Origin: Octopus sinensis
Taxonomy: Eukaryota
Assembly (NCBI RefSeq): GCF_006345805.1
Contig: NC_043000.1
Span: 34,658,001-34,722,000 of the forward strand
Direction: 5' to 3'
DNA length: 64,000 nucleotides
In this document: in pieces, positions 39,858-52,205 of the stretch
Position numbering within the stretch: the first letter of the stretch is position 1
Layout of the letters: each line of letters begins with the position of its first letter
Program-made: the position numbers and the translations under genes
The notes under the pieces: model-generated
Database searches by the model: none
What the model was told of the DNA's origin: nothing
What the model saw: only the letters and a program-made list of their open reading frames with translations

Positions 39858-39893
39858 CTTTCTGTAGAAGAGCATAGGCTTGAAACGTAAAAG
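39858..39893 (+). ncRNA. Minimal hammerhead motif with A6U core variant
   Basis: cttt|CTGTAGA|a|gagc-atag-gctt|GAA|acgt (palindrome)|A|aaag. Confidence 0.55.
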
Positions 39894-39983
39894 ACTTTTT
39901 CTATTCCTGAGCGTTATACTAATACATTTGTTTGTTTTGTATACCACCTGTCTTCGTCCTTTGCTTTTTTCGTAAACTCTCCC

Positions 39984-40016
<33 letters not shown>

Positions 40017-40017
<1 letters not shown>

Positions 40018-40385
40018 GGTTCAGGTGTAGCTGTGTGTTAAAGTGTTTGCTTCCCAACCATATGGGGGTCTGTGTTCATCCCACTGCATGGCACCTTGGA
40101 CAAGTGTCTTCCACTATAGCCTCGAGCTGACCAAAGCCTTGAGTGCATTTGGTAGACAGAAACTGAAAGAAGCTTGTCATATGTATGTGTGTATGTGTGT
40201 GTGTGTATGTATGTATCCATGTGTGTGTCTTTGTGTTTGTATCTCTATGACTACTTGACAACTGGTGTTGGTGTGTTTACATCCCCATAACTTAGCGGTT
40301 TAGCAAAAGAATGATAGAATAGGCAGTGTTCCAGCATGGCCTCAGTCAAATGACTGAAACACAATAAAAAAAATAAAAGAATAAC
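40017..40385 (+). mobile_element. CORE-type SINE, full length
   Basis: Head, ggcaccttggacaagtgtctt CORE-like block, (TG)n spacer, tail ...cataacttagcggtttagcaaaag...aaatgactgaaac; a second copy follows at about 40660-41050. Confidence 0.85.
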
Positions 40386-41100
40386 TAAATAAAATCATGG
40401 TCATCCATACATACAGGGATGTCCTGCGGAGACGCTGGTACCATGCACTTGTGCCAGTTCCACGTGAAATGCACTTTGGTTGGTGCTGCGTAGAAAGCAC
40501 CCAACACACTCTGTAATGTGGTTGCCAGAACAGACAAATGGAGTTTGGTGAGCTGCCCCAGCTGGCCAACTCCTGTCAAACTGTCCAACCCATGCCAGCA
40601 TGGAAAGCAGATATATGGTGATGATGATTCACACAGACACCCTGACACATACATATATATGGCATGACTGTGGGATTAAGACGTTTGCTTCCCAACCAAA
40701 TGGTTCTGGGTTCAGTCCCATTGTGTGGTACCTTGGGCAAGTATTTTCTACTATAGCCTTGGTCTGACCAAAGCTTTGTGAGTGGATTTGATTCAGGGGA
40801 ACCAAAAGAAGCCTGTAGTATATATAAATATATACATATGCTTGTGTGTGTGTGTGTGTGTGTTTGTTCCACACCACCACTTGACAAATAGTGTTGGTAT
40901 GTTTATGTCTCAGTAACTTAGTAATTCCACAAAAGTAACCAACATAGCACCACGAAAAAAAAATGTAAGGGTGTCAATTCTTTGTCTAAAATTCTTCAAG
41001 GCATTCACTCAACATGGTGGCAATCTGATGACTAAAACAAGTAAAGATAAAATAAAATATATATATATATATATCATTTATACCTGCAATATATGGCTAA

Positions 41101-41154
41101 TATAGGTTAAATGAGACATACTTATCTGCATGGCCGAAACAGCTGTCAGTTATA
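41101..41154 (+). ncRNA. Decayed hammerhead: intact 3' half, damaged core
   Basis: atggcc|GAA|acagctgt (palindrome)|C|agttata with a GUC triplet; the upstream core reads taaatga instead of ctgatga. Confidence 0.4.
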
Positions 41155-41370
41155 ATGTATATGTATTTTTATATCTTGTTATATTTATTTAGTTATATCT
41201 CATTATATTGATTGTAATTATTGTACTGTATTAATGTCTAATCTTATGCTCTTGTGTAGTGTTTTAATAAAGTATATGATTCGGTATTATCTGATAGTTG
41301 ATGAATGATTTAGATATATTTCTCCATTTCTTTTTTGTATATATATATATATATATCGGAAGGTTTGGAG

Positions 41371-41655
41371 ATGATGTACAGGTATTATATATTAGAAAAA
41401 TTGAGGTAATCAGATCAGATGGTTCATATTTGTATATGTATTTATATATTACATTTTTTACATATATATCATATCATTCGGATTAGCGCTTGCTCCCATT
41501 CTAGTGGGTTTGAAAACCCACTAGAATGGGAGCAAGCGCTAATCCGAATGATATGATATATATGTAAAAATGTAATATATAAATAATATCTACAAAATGA
41601 ACCATCTGATCTGATTACCTCAATTTTTCTATATATATATAATATAATACATCAT
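41371..41655. repeat. Near-perfect palindrome with a 2-nt loop
   Basis: The inner ~57 bp of each arm are exactly complementary around 41512-41513; the outer arms are diverged. Confidence 0.95.
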
Positions 41656-42490
41656 ATCATCATCATCATCATTTAAAATCCACCTTCCATGCCGGCATGG
41701 GTGGGATGGTTTAACAAGAGCTGGTCAGGCAGAAGCCTGCACCAGAATTCTATGACTGTTTTGGGAGGATTTTCACAGCTGGATGCCCTTCCTTTTACAG
41801 TTAGGATTCCCTTCCTAACACCAACTGTCCAGCAGTGTGGACTTAGTGCTTTTTACGTGCAACAAGCACAGGTGAGGTCAGTTTTATCAAGGTTTTTATG
41901 ACTGGATGCCCTTCCACATGCCAACCACATTTTATGTGACACCAACACTGGCAGGGTCAACAAGTAACTTGCAAGACAAAGATTCTTTGAGAGGGGAGGG
42001 GGCATTGAAGGAGGTGATCTTGTGTCAGATGATGGAAGGTTCAAATGTGACAGAGAGACAGAAAGGCAGAAACAGGTGTCTTGATGTAGAGGGGTTACAT
42101 GGTTACCCAGCCAGAGAGAGAGAGAGAGAGGGGGGTACATTGAGAGCACAAGAAAGAGCAGGAGAAAGATGGTGGCGAAGTGCTGAGGCATACTCACAAG
42201 GAAAAGGGATCAGGATATAAATGGGATGGTGGAATAAAGGAAGAGAGAGAGAGAGAGAGACGGTGGCAAGTGCAAATTATGTGGCACAAGCACAGACAAA
42301 GTGGGTTTTGGCAAGATTTTTACAGCTGGATGCCTTTCCAAATGCCGACCACCTCAGTGTGGACTGAATGCTTTTTAAGTGACACCTGCACTGACGGGAT
42401 CACCAAGTAACTTGCAAGACAAAATCCTCTCCCACACACACACATATATGTACACACATACATATGTGTGTGAGTACATGAATATGTATG

Positions 42491-42525
<35 letters not shown>

Positions 42526-42681
42526 ATAATTTTTGGACCAATGAGAATAAAGACTAGTGCTAAACCTATCTTCCATTTCCCTCATCAATTATTATATGGA
42601 TATATATATATACATACACACACACATATACAAATACATATATATATATATAACTAATTCACTATGGACGCTAAATGATGA

Positions 42682-42725
<44 letters not shown>

Positions 42726-42992
42726 CTACATACATGCAAGATAATTCAGTATCTAGTATTTCTAATAAAAGAGCAGGAAAAATATTTCTTTTTGTAAAGA
42801 AATTTAGTTTTTAAAAATTGTCTAGTAAATGCATAGAAAAAGAAAAGAGAGTGTTTGAAAGAGAATTACTAATCTAAATTGATTGAAATGTGTCAAATGT
42901 AATGTAAAAATAGATCAATAATTTCTTCAGTAAGATATATTAGGAATATAAAATCAAAAGCTTATAATAATAATAATAATAATAACAAAACA

Positions 42993-43310
42993 ATGATGAA
43001 TTGAAGTGAGGAATAAGCAGGTTGTGGGCAATTAAGAAAGTGGATGTGATACAAATAGAGACTGGTGCACTTGGAAGTATCAGTGTCGAACAACCAACAT
43101 GGCTCAAGAAGATTAGAATAGATGTAAAGATAGAAGACCTACAAAAATCCTCATTGCTTGGAACTGCAAAAATTCTCTGCAGGGTTCTTGAAGCATGATC
43201 AGTAAATGAGTGTCACCTTAGTCTGCTGGCTGTGGGCAGCTGACACTTTCCATCATACCCAGTAAAAATAAAGCTGAGATTTTTCATGATATAGCAACAA
43301 CAACAACAAT
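42993..43310 (+). mobile_element. R4/Dong-like 3' end
   Basis: DELK*GISRLWAIKKVDVIQIETGALGSIS...LQKSSLLGTAKILCRVLEA* (stop 43196-43198); preceded by (TAA)n and followed by a (CAA)n/AAT tail. Confidence 0.8.
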
Positions 43311-43329
43311 AAAGCTTTCTTTATTTACC

Positions 43330-43900
43330 ACTAAGGGTTTACAAAATAATATAAAATATTTGAGGCTGGTACAGGACAATACAAGGAGAGATTACATAAA
43401 GAAGTGCGTAAAATGTAGAAAAATGAAGATAAAATAAATTTTTACAATGAATAATTCTTCAAAAGTGGGCAACTTCCTAGAGCTGCTAGTGAAAACTGCA
43501 CAAAACCATGGCTGTCCTGCCCTCTCCATATCATTTTCTTTCAATTTACAGGTGCATGCTTAGAATGTTCACTCAGACCATTCTTGCCACATTCACCCAG
43601 CTTTCAACAAAATTGGTGGGAGGCAGCACTTCCTTTTCTACCATCACTTTCCTTTTCAAGTGAAACTTGAAAACGCTGATAAGGGCTTGGCCAAAGAGAG
43701 GAGTATCTGTCTTTAGTCCTTTCAACCTTGTTGACTATACAACCTCTTTTACTAAGACCACCAGACAAACACAGCCTGCCCTTCCTGACTAAAGGAAGGA
43801 GGCAGGAGAATCTTCACAATAGACTCAGCAAGGATTTTAAGGAACACAGCAAGCCAAATATTACATTAAAGACAAGTTAAGTAGAATTTGCATTCTGATT
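43330..43900 (-). mobile_element. L1/Tx1-like ORF2 C-terminus and 3'UTR
   Basis: Minus frame KGLKTDTPLFGQALISVFKFHLKRKVMVEKEVLPPTNFVESWVNVARMV resembles L1/Tx1 terminal regions; assignment from memory. Confidence 0.45.
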
Positions 43901-44039
43901 GATCCATGACGTCCATTTGATTTGAGGACTGTGAAGAAAGCAGATTAAAATTTGAAGAACTAAATCCCTTTAAATCTGAAATTGTAAGGATTTGGAAACT
44001 GAAATCTGTAAAGGTATGACATAGACAAGTAGATAAAGG

Positions 44040-44236
44040 AGACTAGAATGGAATGTCCTGTAGTACTTCAGAAGGTTTGCCTCTTAGGAACTGCAAAGAT
44101 CACCAGGAAGGTTTTGAATACTTGATGGCTTATTGAAATCATGTGGATATCTAAAGGTACAAGTAATAACCCACAATCCATATAAATCCTACCTGAAACA
44201 AGACCAATCCTGAGTCAAAAATATAACAACAACAAC

Positions 44237-44269
<33 letters not shown>
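44040..44269 (+). mobile_element. R4/Dong-like extreme 3' end
   Basis: VVLQKVCLLGTAKITRKVLNT* (stop 44123-44125), then a UTR and an (AAC)/(AAT)n tail. Confidence 0.7.
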
Positions 44270-44271
<2 letters not shown>

Positions 44272-44315
44272 AGAGGGGGAAGATTTCTTTCACATGCTAC
44301 TGATATTATTACTGC

Positions 44316-44386
<71 letters not shown>

Positions 44387-45441
44387 CGGGGAGCTGGCAG
44401 AATCATTAGTGCACCAGACAAAATGCTTCAAGACATTCTGTCCATCATTACATTCTAAGTTCACACTCTGCCAAGGTTGGCTTTGCCTTCCATTCTTTCA
44501 GAGTCAAATAAGAACCAGTTTCCTGTTTTTTACTTAATTTTTGAGAGCAGTTGTGAGAGCAATCGAGTTTATTTCAGAAATTCTCATTTTAAAAATCATC
44601 TCTGGCTAATCCTTGAGAAGACGTTGGTGTTGCCTTGGCAGAGGTTTGCGCTCTAGGAGTGCCCTTATCATCATCATCATTATTATCATTATTATTATAT
44701 TATTATTATTATTATTATTATCATTATTATTATCATCATCATTATTATTATTATTATTATCATTACTGCCCCTTCTTCTAACATCTCTGATGTCTCTTTC
44801 TTCCCTTTATTTTTAATATTTGTCTAAGTGTTAGAGTTGTAACTTCATTTCTGTTATTTCTTCACTAAACGTTGAATAATTAATCAGGAAACAAACATTA
44901 TTTGGAAAAGAAAAAAAAGCAAGCAAACAAACAAACAAAACACTGCCAGGTTATTGCATTCATTGCAAAACTGTTGTTTGGTAATGGGTGGCGTCATCAC
45001 CATTGTCATTTTTTTTTTCCATATAACCATGGGTTGGACATGTCAGAATGAGGCACCATTTCAAGGTTGGATGCCCTTCCTGATGCCAACCCTTGATTTC
45101 TGAGTTAGGTACTTTTTATTCGATTGGGCTCTGAAAGTCAGACCACCAAGTTACAGAAGATAGTATTTATGTGACACATAAACAAACATAAACACCACTT
45201 AGGTATAAAGAAACAGGCACAGAAATGAACACACACACACACACACACACACGAGGCCTCCTTCCTAGCCATGCAGTTTGAGGTTCAGTCCTAGAACACA
45301 GCAACTTGCACCTGTGTCTTTAACTCAAGGATGACCAAAACCTTGTGAGTGGATTTGGTGAATGGAAACTAAAATGCAGCTGGTCAGTTATAGCTGTATA
45401 TGCACACACACACACACACACACACACAAACGAATTCTCTC

Positions 45442-45700
45442 TAATAAATACGACACATCTTCGATACAACAAAGATCCACATATACACAGGATTTAAATT
45501 AAGCAATTGTTTACCTGTATAATGGGATCCAGGTGATATATAGTTGGATGTGTTAGCATTGAAGTCAAAGGTTTATTAACAGGAACAGCGATTCCTGAGG
45601 AGATACAACTGGATTCCATTATACAGGTAAACCATTGCTTAATTTAAATCCTGTGTATATGTGGATCTATGTTGTATCGAAACATGTGTAGTGGTCATTA
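45442..45700. repeat. Foldback element whose right arm forms the long stem II of a hammerhead core
   Basis: Arms of about 95 bp; CTGAGGA (45595-45601)|gatacaac...gttgtatc|GAAACATGTGTA (45679-45690). Confidence 0.85.
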
Positions 45701-47084
45701 AATAGCTGTCTGACCATACTCCTTCTTGTTGACTCTATTTTTTCAATATATATATATATATATTGATATGTAGATGCTAGTGCCATGATAAAATACATCC
45801 AGTACACTCAGTAAAGTGACTGATGTTAGGAAGGGCAGCTGACTGCAGAAACCAAACCAAAAATAAAACTTCTTAACTCGGCAAAGACAGCGGTAACTTC
45901 AAATACAGGATGACTCTGACACATCAAACCTATGCCAGCATGGAAAGTAAATGTCAGATGATGGTGAGGATGATGGTAGTGATGTGTGTGTGTGTGTGTG
46001 TATTCAAAAGGCCACAAGTACTGTTGTGTCATTTCTCCTGCCAACAAACCACCCACTGGCTTTGCACTTTTCAAGATATGTGAAACAAGAAATCCCTTAC
46101 TTGATAACAACTAATGCTTAGAGAGAGGAAGAGCATCCAACCATAGAAGCCATGCCAAAATAAATGATTGGAGCCTGGAGCAGACCTCCAGCTTGCCAAC
46201 TCCTCTTAAACCATCCAACCCATGCCGACATGGAAAACAGTTTGTTAAATGAAGAAGATACCGGCATACCTACTTACCTATATACATACATGTATAAATA
46301 TATACACCTTGTACCTTTTGGGTCCACACAGAAACCACATCACCACTATTTTTATCTCTTTTCTGCTCTACCCTAACCACCCCCACCCTCTCTTCTAGAA
46401 TCTGAGTAACCATTTAACCCCTCTACAGCAAGAAAACGTTTCTGCTTTGGCATCTTCCCTCAAATCCTTTATATCCTAGCATAAAGCCATATCTCTGGGG
46501 GTGCATAGTCTTGTAAGCTGCAATGGGAACCTTACTAGTGCTGGTTGCATGAAAAATGTACCCAGCACAAGCCATAAAGTGGTTTGGTACCCCAGCATAA
46601 GTTGACAGTAGAGGAAAACTCAGTCCTTGGACACATTGGTTCCTGTCAAACCATCCAATGCATAGATTATGGATATCAACTGATGATGGTAGTGGTGACA
46701 CACCTGCTCAAACACACATATATATATAATGTGTGTAACACAATTATTCACATGCAGGCTACCAACAGTTTCATGCAAGAAGTAGATCTTACTCAGGCTT
46801 ATGGTTGTCTTACATTTGTCAATTGAATATCAAATAAAATATTCAAGATAGCCATTCAATGAAATCTGTATAAGCTGAGAAAGTCTGAGACAATATGAGA
46901 ACAAGTTCATTTGATTATAGTGAAGAAATGTAAAACCCAGTAAATGATTTAACTGAGCATTTGAATTACAAGTACATCGCATGGCTTCCATACAGTTACT
47001 GTCCTGATAAAATGCATCCAATACATTCAGTAATGCAGGCAGGGGTTAGGAAGGGCATCCAGCTCTTGAAACTACCCAAGCCAA

Positions 47085-47175
47085 TACAGTTCTGTGTGCC
47101 CTTGGGCATATGGCATAGTGGTTAAGAGCACGGGCTACTAACCCCAAGATTCTGAGTTCGATTCCAGGCAGTGAT

Positions 47176-47225
<50 letters not shown>

Positions 47226-47372
47226 CAACATTGAAAAATACCCCAGGAATGAGAACCCAAGTTCAAAATTTATCCAAGACACCTGATGAAGGCTGGAGAG
47301 TATATCAGCCGAAATGTTGTGTTAACAACAAACAAGATGAGGACAAATATCTGTCAAATCTAAATAATGTAC
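47085..47372 (+). mobile_element. Composite element: tRNA-like Pol III head, (AAT)n and hammerhead-bearing tail (right arm of a palindromic element)
   Basis: TA-cagttct terminus fused to the centre tgcccttgggca; A box tggcatagtgg 47111-47121; B box gttcgattc 47156-47164; (AAT)n; hammerhead at 47278-47323. Confidence 0.85.
47278..47323 (+). ncRNA. Minimal type-I hammerhead motif, near intact
   Basis: gacac|CTGATGA|a|ggctg-gagagtatat-cagcc|GAA|atgt (ACGU in the inferred consensus)|T|gtgtt. Confidence 0.75.
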
Positions 47373-48631
47373 CTAAGCCAAGTTGTCAAAGCAGGCACAG
47401 AAAGGGAGGTTACTCTGAATAGGCACTGACTTGAAGAGTGACCAGTCCAATTTATGAGGATGATGATGATGATGAACATGCAAATGGAAATAAATGTATA
47501 TAATTTAAACCTTGTCACTATTACTGGTTATTAAAATATTAATTTCTAAATTACGTAGAAGGCCACACACTATTGATGAGTTTATAATCCTTTTATACTA
47601 ATCCTCAGTATATGACTGGTATCTATTTCATTAATCCTGTAAGAGCAAGTTGACTTGTTGAGAGATTTCAAGTGAGAATGTAAAGGAAGAGAAATAAATA
47701 TTTAATGATATTTTTCCTCACCAATCTAACAATTGTGCCAATCTCTCATTCTTCAAACCAAAAGCTAAGTTATTCAGAATAAAACTAAATAAAAAAAAAA
47801 CAAACACAAAAATGGTGAAAAAGCAATGTTTTGTAAATGGTGACTGACGTCTTTCAGGATGAAAGGTGGTTCTTTCCAACACAGGTCGTCACCTTTATAT
47901 ACAATAAGTATTGATCATATTTAACCCTAGGCTCATGGGATATAGACTCTGTTAGATCAATTTGTAAGATTTGAAGGCCTTTTCTTGAAATTTAAAACTT
48001 TACTCAATGACAAACTAGTTTTGTTGATAATTAAGATTATCTGGCAATTAGCCAATAAAACTTCTCATTACACAGACAAAATCTCCATTAATCTTCATGG
48101 ATTGAAGGCATCCAACACTGACTGAAATGATTCAATGTTAGCAAGTCATCCAGTTATTAATTGTTTCTGGTCAACATTAGTTACGGTTAAGGCATTAGTT
48201 TGGGGAAATTCTTTCCACTGTAGAAAAGATTTTCTTTCTTCAATAATGCATTTAAAGAAATAAGATATTCTACACAATTCACACACACACACACACATAT
48301 GCACACATAAGCAGACACAGGAATTATGCTGGAGTGGCTGTGCGATAAGAAGCTTACTTCCCAACGACATGTTCTGGGTTCAGTCCCACTATGTTGCGCC
48401 TTAGGCAAGCGTCTACTATAGACTTGGGCATCATGAGTGGATTAGGCAGGTGGAAACTGAAAGAAGCCAGTTGTATGTACATATGTGTGTAAGTGTGTGT
48501 GTGTGAGTCTATATATATATACACACACACACAAAATATGGGGTTTAATTCACAGGTAATCTAAACAATTAAGTATGCTGAGTAAGTGCTGTAATATATA
48601 CCATTATCATTTTCCCCATCTTTCCTTATTT

Positions 48632-48687
48632 GTCTCTGATGACAGAATATCCTATACTCAGGGATATCTCAGAAACAGCTGTAAGAC
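48632..48687 (+). ncRNA. Minimal hammerhead motif with decayed base of stem II
   Basis: gtct|CTGATGA|cagaatatcc-tatactcag-ggatatctca|GAA|acagctgt (palindrome)|A|agac. Confidence 0.55.
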
Positions 48688-49003
48688 TTTGAATTTTTTC
48701 CAAAAATAATATTGTATATGAGTTGAGATGTTTGCCTTGCCTAAACGTTTGTAGTCCTCTTTAACAATTATATATATATATATTTGTGTATGCATGTGTA
48801 TGTGTGTGTGTGTGTGTGTATATTTATATATATATAGTGAGAATTGACAAAAAAACAAAAGACAAAGACGGGTGTGTAAACAAAAAACAGATGTATTAGT
48901 TTAACGCTCGGGAAGTGAGGAAGTCTTTTACATTTTGAGCCTTCGACAGAAAGGAATACAGAACTAAACAGATAGAGAAAATAAACACACACACACACGC
49001 ATC

Positions 49004-49057
<54 letters not shown>

Positions 49058-51797
49058 TACTTGTGTGTGGTGTATCTTTGTGTCTGTGTTTGACCTGCAC
49101 CACAGCTTGACAGCTGGTGTTGGTGTGTTTATGTCCCCATAGCTTAGTGGTTCAACAAAAGAGACTAATAGAATAAGTACCAGGCTTGAAAAATAAGTAC
49201 TAGGGTTGATTTGTTTGACTAAAATTCTCCAATGCAATTCCTCCCCATGGTTGCAGATTAATAGCTGAGAAAAGTAAAAAATAATTGATACATCCCCTCC
49301 AGCCTCCTCCTCTCGTCTGACACACACACACACACATCATACAAACACACACACACCAACACATCGCACATTCCCTCTCTACGTCTGTTCAAATCATGCA
49401 CAAATATTCCATGTGATGATATTCAACCAAAACCTTCCAGTTTATTAGAAAACCTTCCCTTTTCTTTTTCTGATACTCTGCTACTGCATCCAGTCACTAT
49501 GGCAACCATCTCTCATTCTCTTCTTCAATAATTAAAATGATATTTAAACCTCCAAAATCTCAGAAACAAAGTTGTCACTATTTTTTTCTCTTAAACTGGC
49601 ACCTAAACAAGTGTGCAAACATATTACAAAAAAAAAAAAAATATTTAAATAAATGGCATGAAAATGGAATACTAATATTTCATAGAAATATCCATCCACT
49701 GTTAATAACTGGTCAACCTGTGGCTATAATTGAAATATCTTGTTAGTGGGACTGTTAGCTTTTTGCAAGACCTGTTAATCTGTGTTGCTTACATTCTTTC
49801 AAAAGTTAAAGCTACACAGACACACACACACATGCATACATATATATTTAAGGTTACACAGACACAGGCACACACACACACACACATATATATAAGGCTA
49901 CACAGACATATACATATAAAGCTATACAGACACAAACACATAATGTTATACATACATATATATAAGGTAACACAGATACACATATACAAGGTTATACAGA
50001 CATAGACACACCAACCTATTTCCCTAAAGACAATAAGAGAATCAAAGACAAGAAGCAAATATGGCCATGTACTCAAAGCTAGCATCACTTACTTTAGTGT
50101 TACAAATACTTAATCACCATGGAGATTGGCTTTTGTCAGACAGAACTCAAATCTGTATTCACATCGATTTCTAAGAGCATTTACACAGAATTACCACACA
50201 TACACACACACACACACACATAAGCTGATAATCAGACAAGCCAAAAGCCGCAAACTGAATGATGAAATGTTGCTCTGCTGGGTAATATACTGAAATTATG
50301 TATTTATTTCTATACACTTCAATAGTGAATACAACTTTATAAATAACTAAAATGTTAGACCAAAAGTGTTGTGGGCATGGAGATGAGAAATTATAAGAGA
50401 CACCTGATTTAACAAAAAGACTAATTTGCTATCTGGACAGTTGTATTGGGGTTAACAAGATCTTTTAACAAATGATTACACAGCTAATATCTTGTAACAG
50501 TTGATGATTGGCAGACAATTCCTTTAAAATATCAATCTTTATTATAATATAGCAATAGAAAACCTCTTAATGAACAGTCTGAGAGTTAGGTTTCATTCCC
50601 AATTGAAGATAATTCACTTACACTGACCATGCCCTTGGGAAAGTCTTGGACATTACAGACATCCAGTTCCAATGGTCAGAAATTACTGACACTTGTCAGT
50701 TGGTAGATTTAATCTGAAAGGAAAGGTACCTCACAGAGAATTGTGAAGAATTATAATGAAATGGAGCTGAGATGTGTACTAATAATGATGCTGCTGGAAA
50801 ATGCAAGTAAACATGAGGAAATATGTATCAGGTAAATTTCAACATATCTACAACAGTGTGTCTCACAATCATCCTTATCAAGCCTTCCTAACCTCCAGAC
50901 CCACAGGAAAGATTTTCACCAATCCTTCTTTCCCTAAACTACAGTGTATTGGGTGGCCACACATCTACCTTGTATTACTCCACCAACCACACTACAGTGT
51001 ATTGGGTGGAAGATTCAGAGCTGATTCACATGTCTCTGCTGCTTGGTGTGGTCACTGTCCAAACTTCAAGGGCAGTCTTCCTCTGTGGGTACCATTCCAT
51101 CTATGAAAGCAGTTTCTGAATGTGTGTGGGGGTACTTGTCTATGGCCATATATATATGTACTGGCAATCATATGTATATGTGTGTATTTATGGATCATTA
51201 TATATACTTTATATATATTATTTATCCATAAGTGCAGTTGTGGGTGTGTGAGTGAGTCATTCATCTCTCAACTGCAGTCTCTGGTTCTGTCTCTCTGATT
51301 GGTACTAGAGACAAGATTTTATTCTACAAGATTTGGTAGATGGAAATTGAAAGAAGCCTATGTGTGCATGTGTATTTGTACATGTGTGTGTGTGTGTATA
51401 TATATGCCATCATAATCATCATCATCATATATATATATATATAAATAAATAATTAAAAAAATGGAATAAGAATGTAACAGGTGACAACAAAACATCCAGA
51501 CAGTTAGACAGTACAAAGAAGGATGGGTCATTCAGAGCCTTCTATCATCAGTTAAGTTCCAGATCATCCCTGCAGTTTTGGCTGGTTACACTTAAGACTA
51601 CTCCAACCTGGCCGGCACCAAGAAAATCTAAGCTAAGAGCACTAGATTCTTTGGAAAAAAGCAAGCAAATGTATACGAAAAGAAGGACGAAAAAATGGAG
51701 AAATACAAACAACAAGACAATAACAACAGGCGTCTGTCAACTAAAGACGAATTAAATTAAGCTGGTGTGTGTGACCTGAAGCCTTATGGCAGGAAGA

Positions 51798-51798
51798 T

Positions 51799-51860
<62 letters not shown>
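51798..51860. repeat. (GATA)n microsatellite
   Basis: Direct inspection. Confidence 0.95.
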
Positions 51861-51861
<1 letters not shown>

Positions 51862-52205
51862 ATATATACATACATGCACACATTTATATCTTCACACGTT
51901 TGTGTGCATGTGTTTATGTCTTCTTGCTCTGACATCATGCATCAGCTATAACCGAGTGTTACCATCATAAAAATGCTGCCCTTCCAATTTAATCATCCGT
52001 GTAAAGATGTCTGGCCGTGTGGAAATGTTATTTTGTATTGAAACAGGTGAGGATTGCTGACAGAAAGGGCATCAAATGATGATGATGAATACAAAAGCTT
52101 ATTGATAAGCACAAGGATGTAAATGAATACTTGAATAGTATATTATTGGATAGTGATGATAGTACTGGCAGTGACAAAATAAAATTACTGGACAGAGATG
52201 ACACT

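Noticed and set aside
47105-47175. Functional tRNA gene
   Set aside because: A and B boxes are present, but no complete acceptor stem is evident. The sequence recurs as the head of a repeat, so it is treated as a SINE-type head.
49493-49506. RFX X-box-like motif gtcactatggcaac
   Set aside because: It is a single 14-bp match with no promoter context and could easily arise by chance in 64 kb.
51480-51770. Type II or type I hammerhead in an unclassified minus-strand repeat
   Set aside because: CUGAUGA is present but is followed by GAAU, and the stems are unconvincing; left unclassified.
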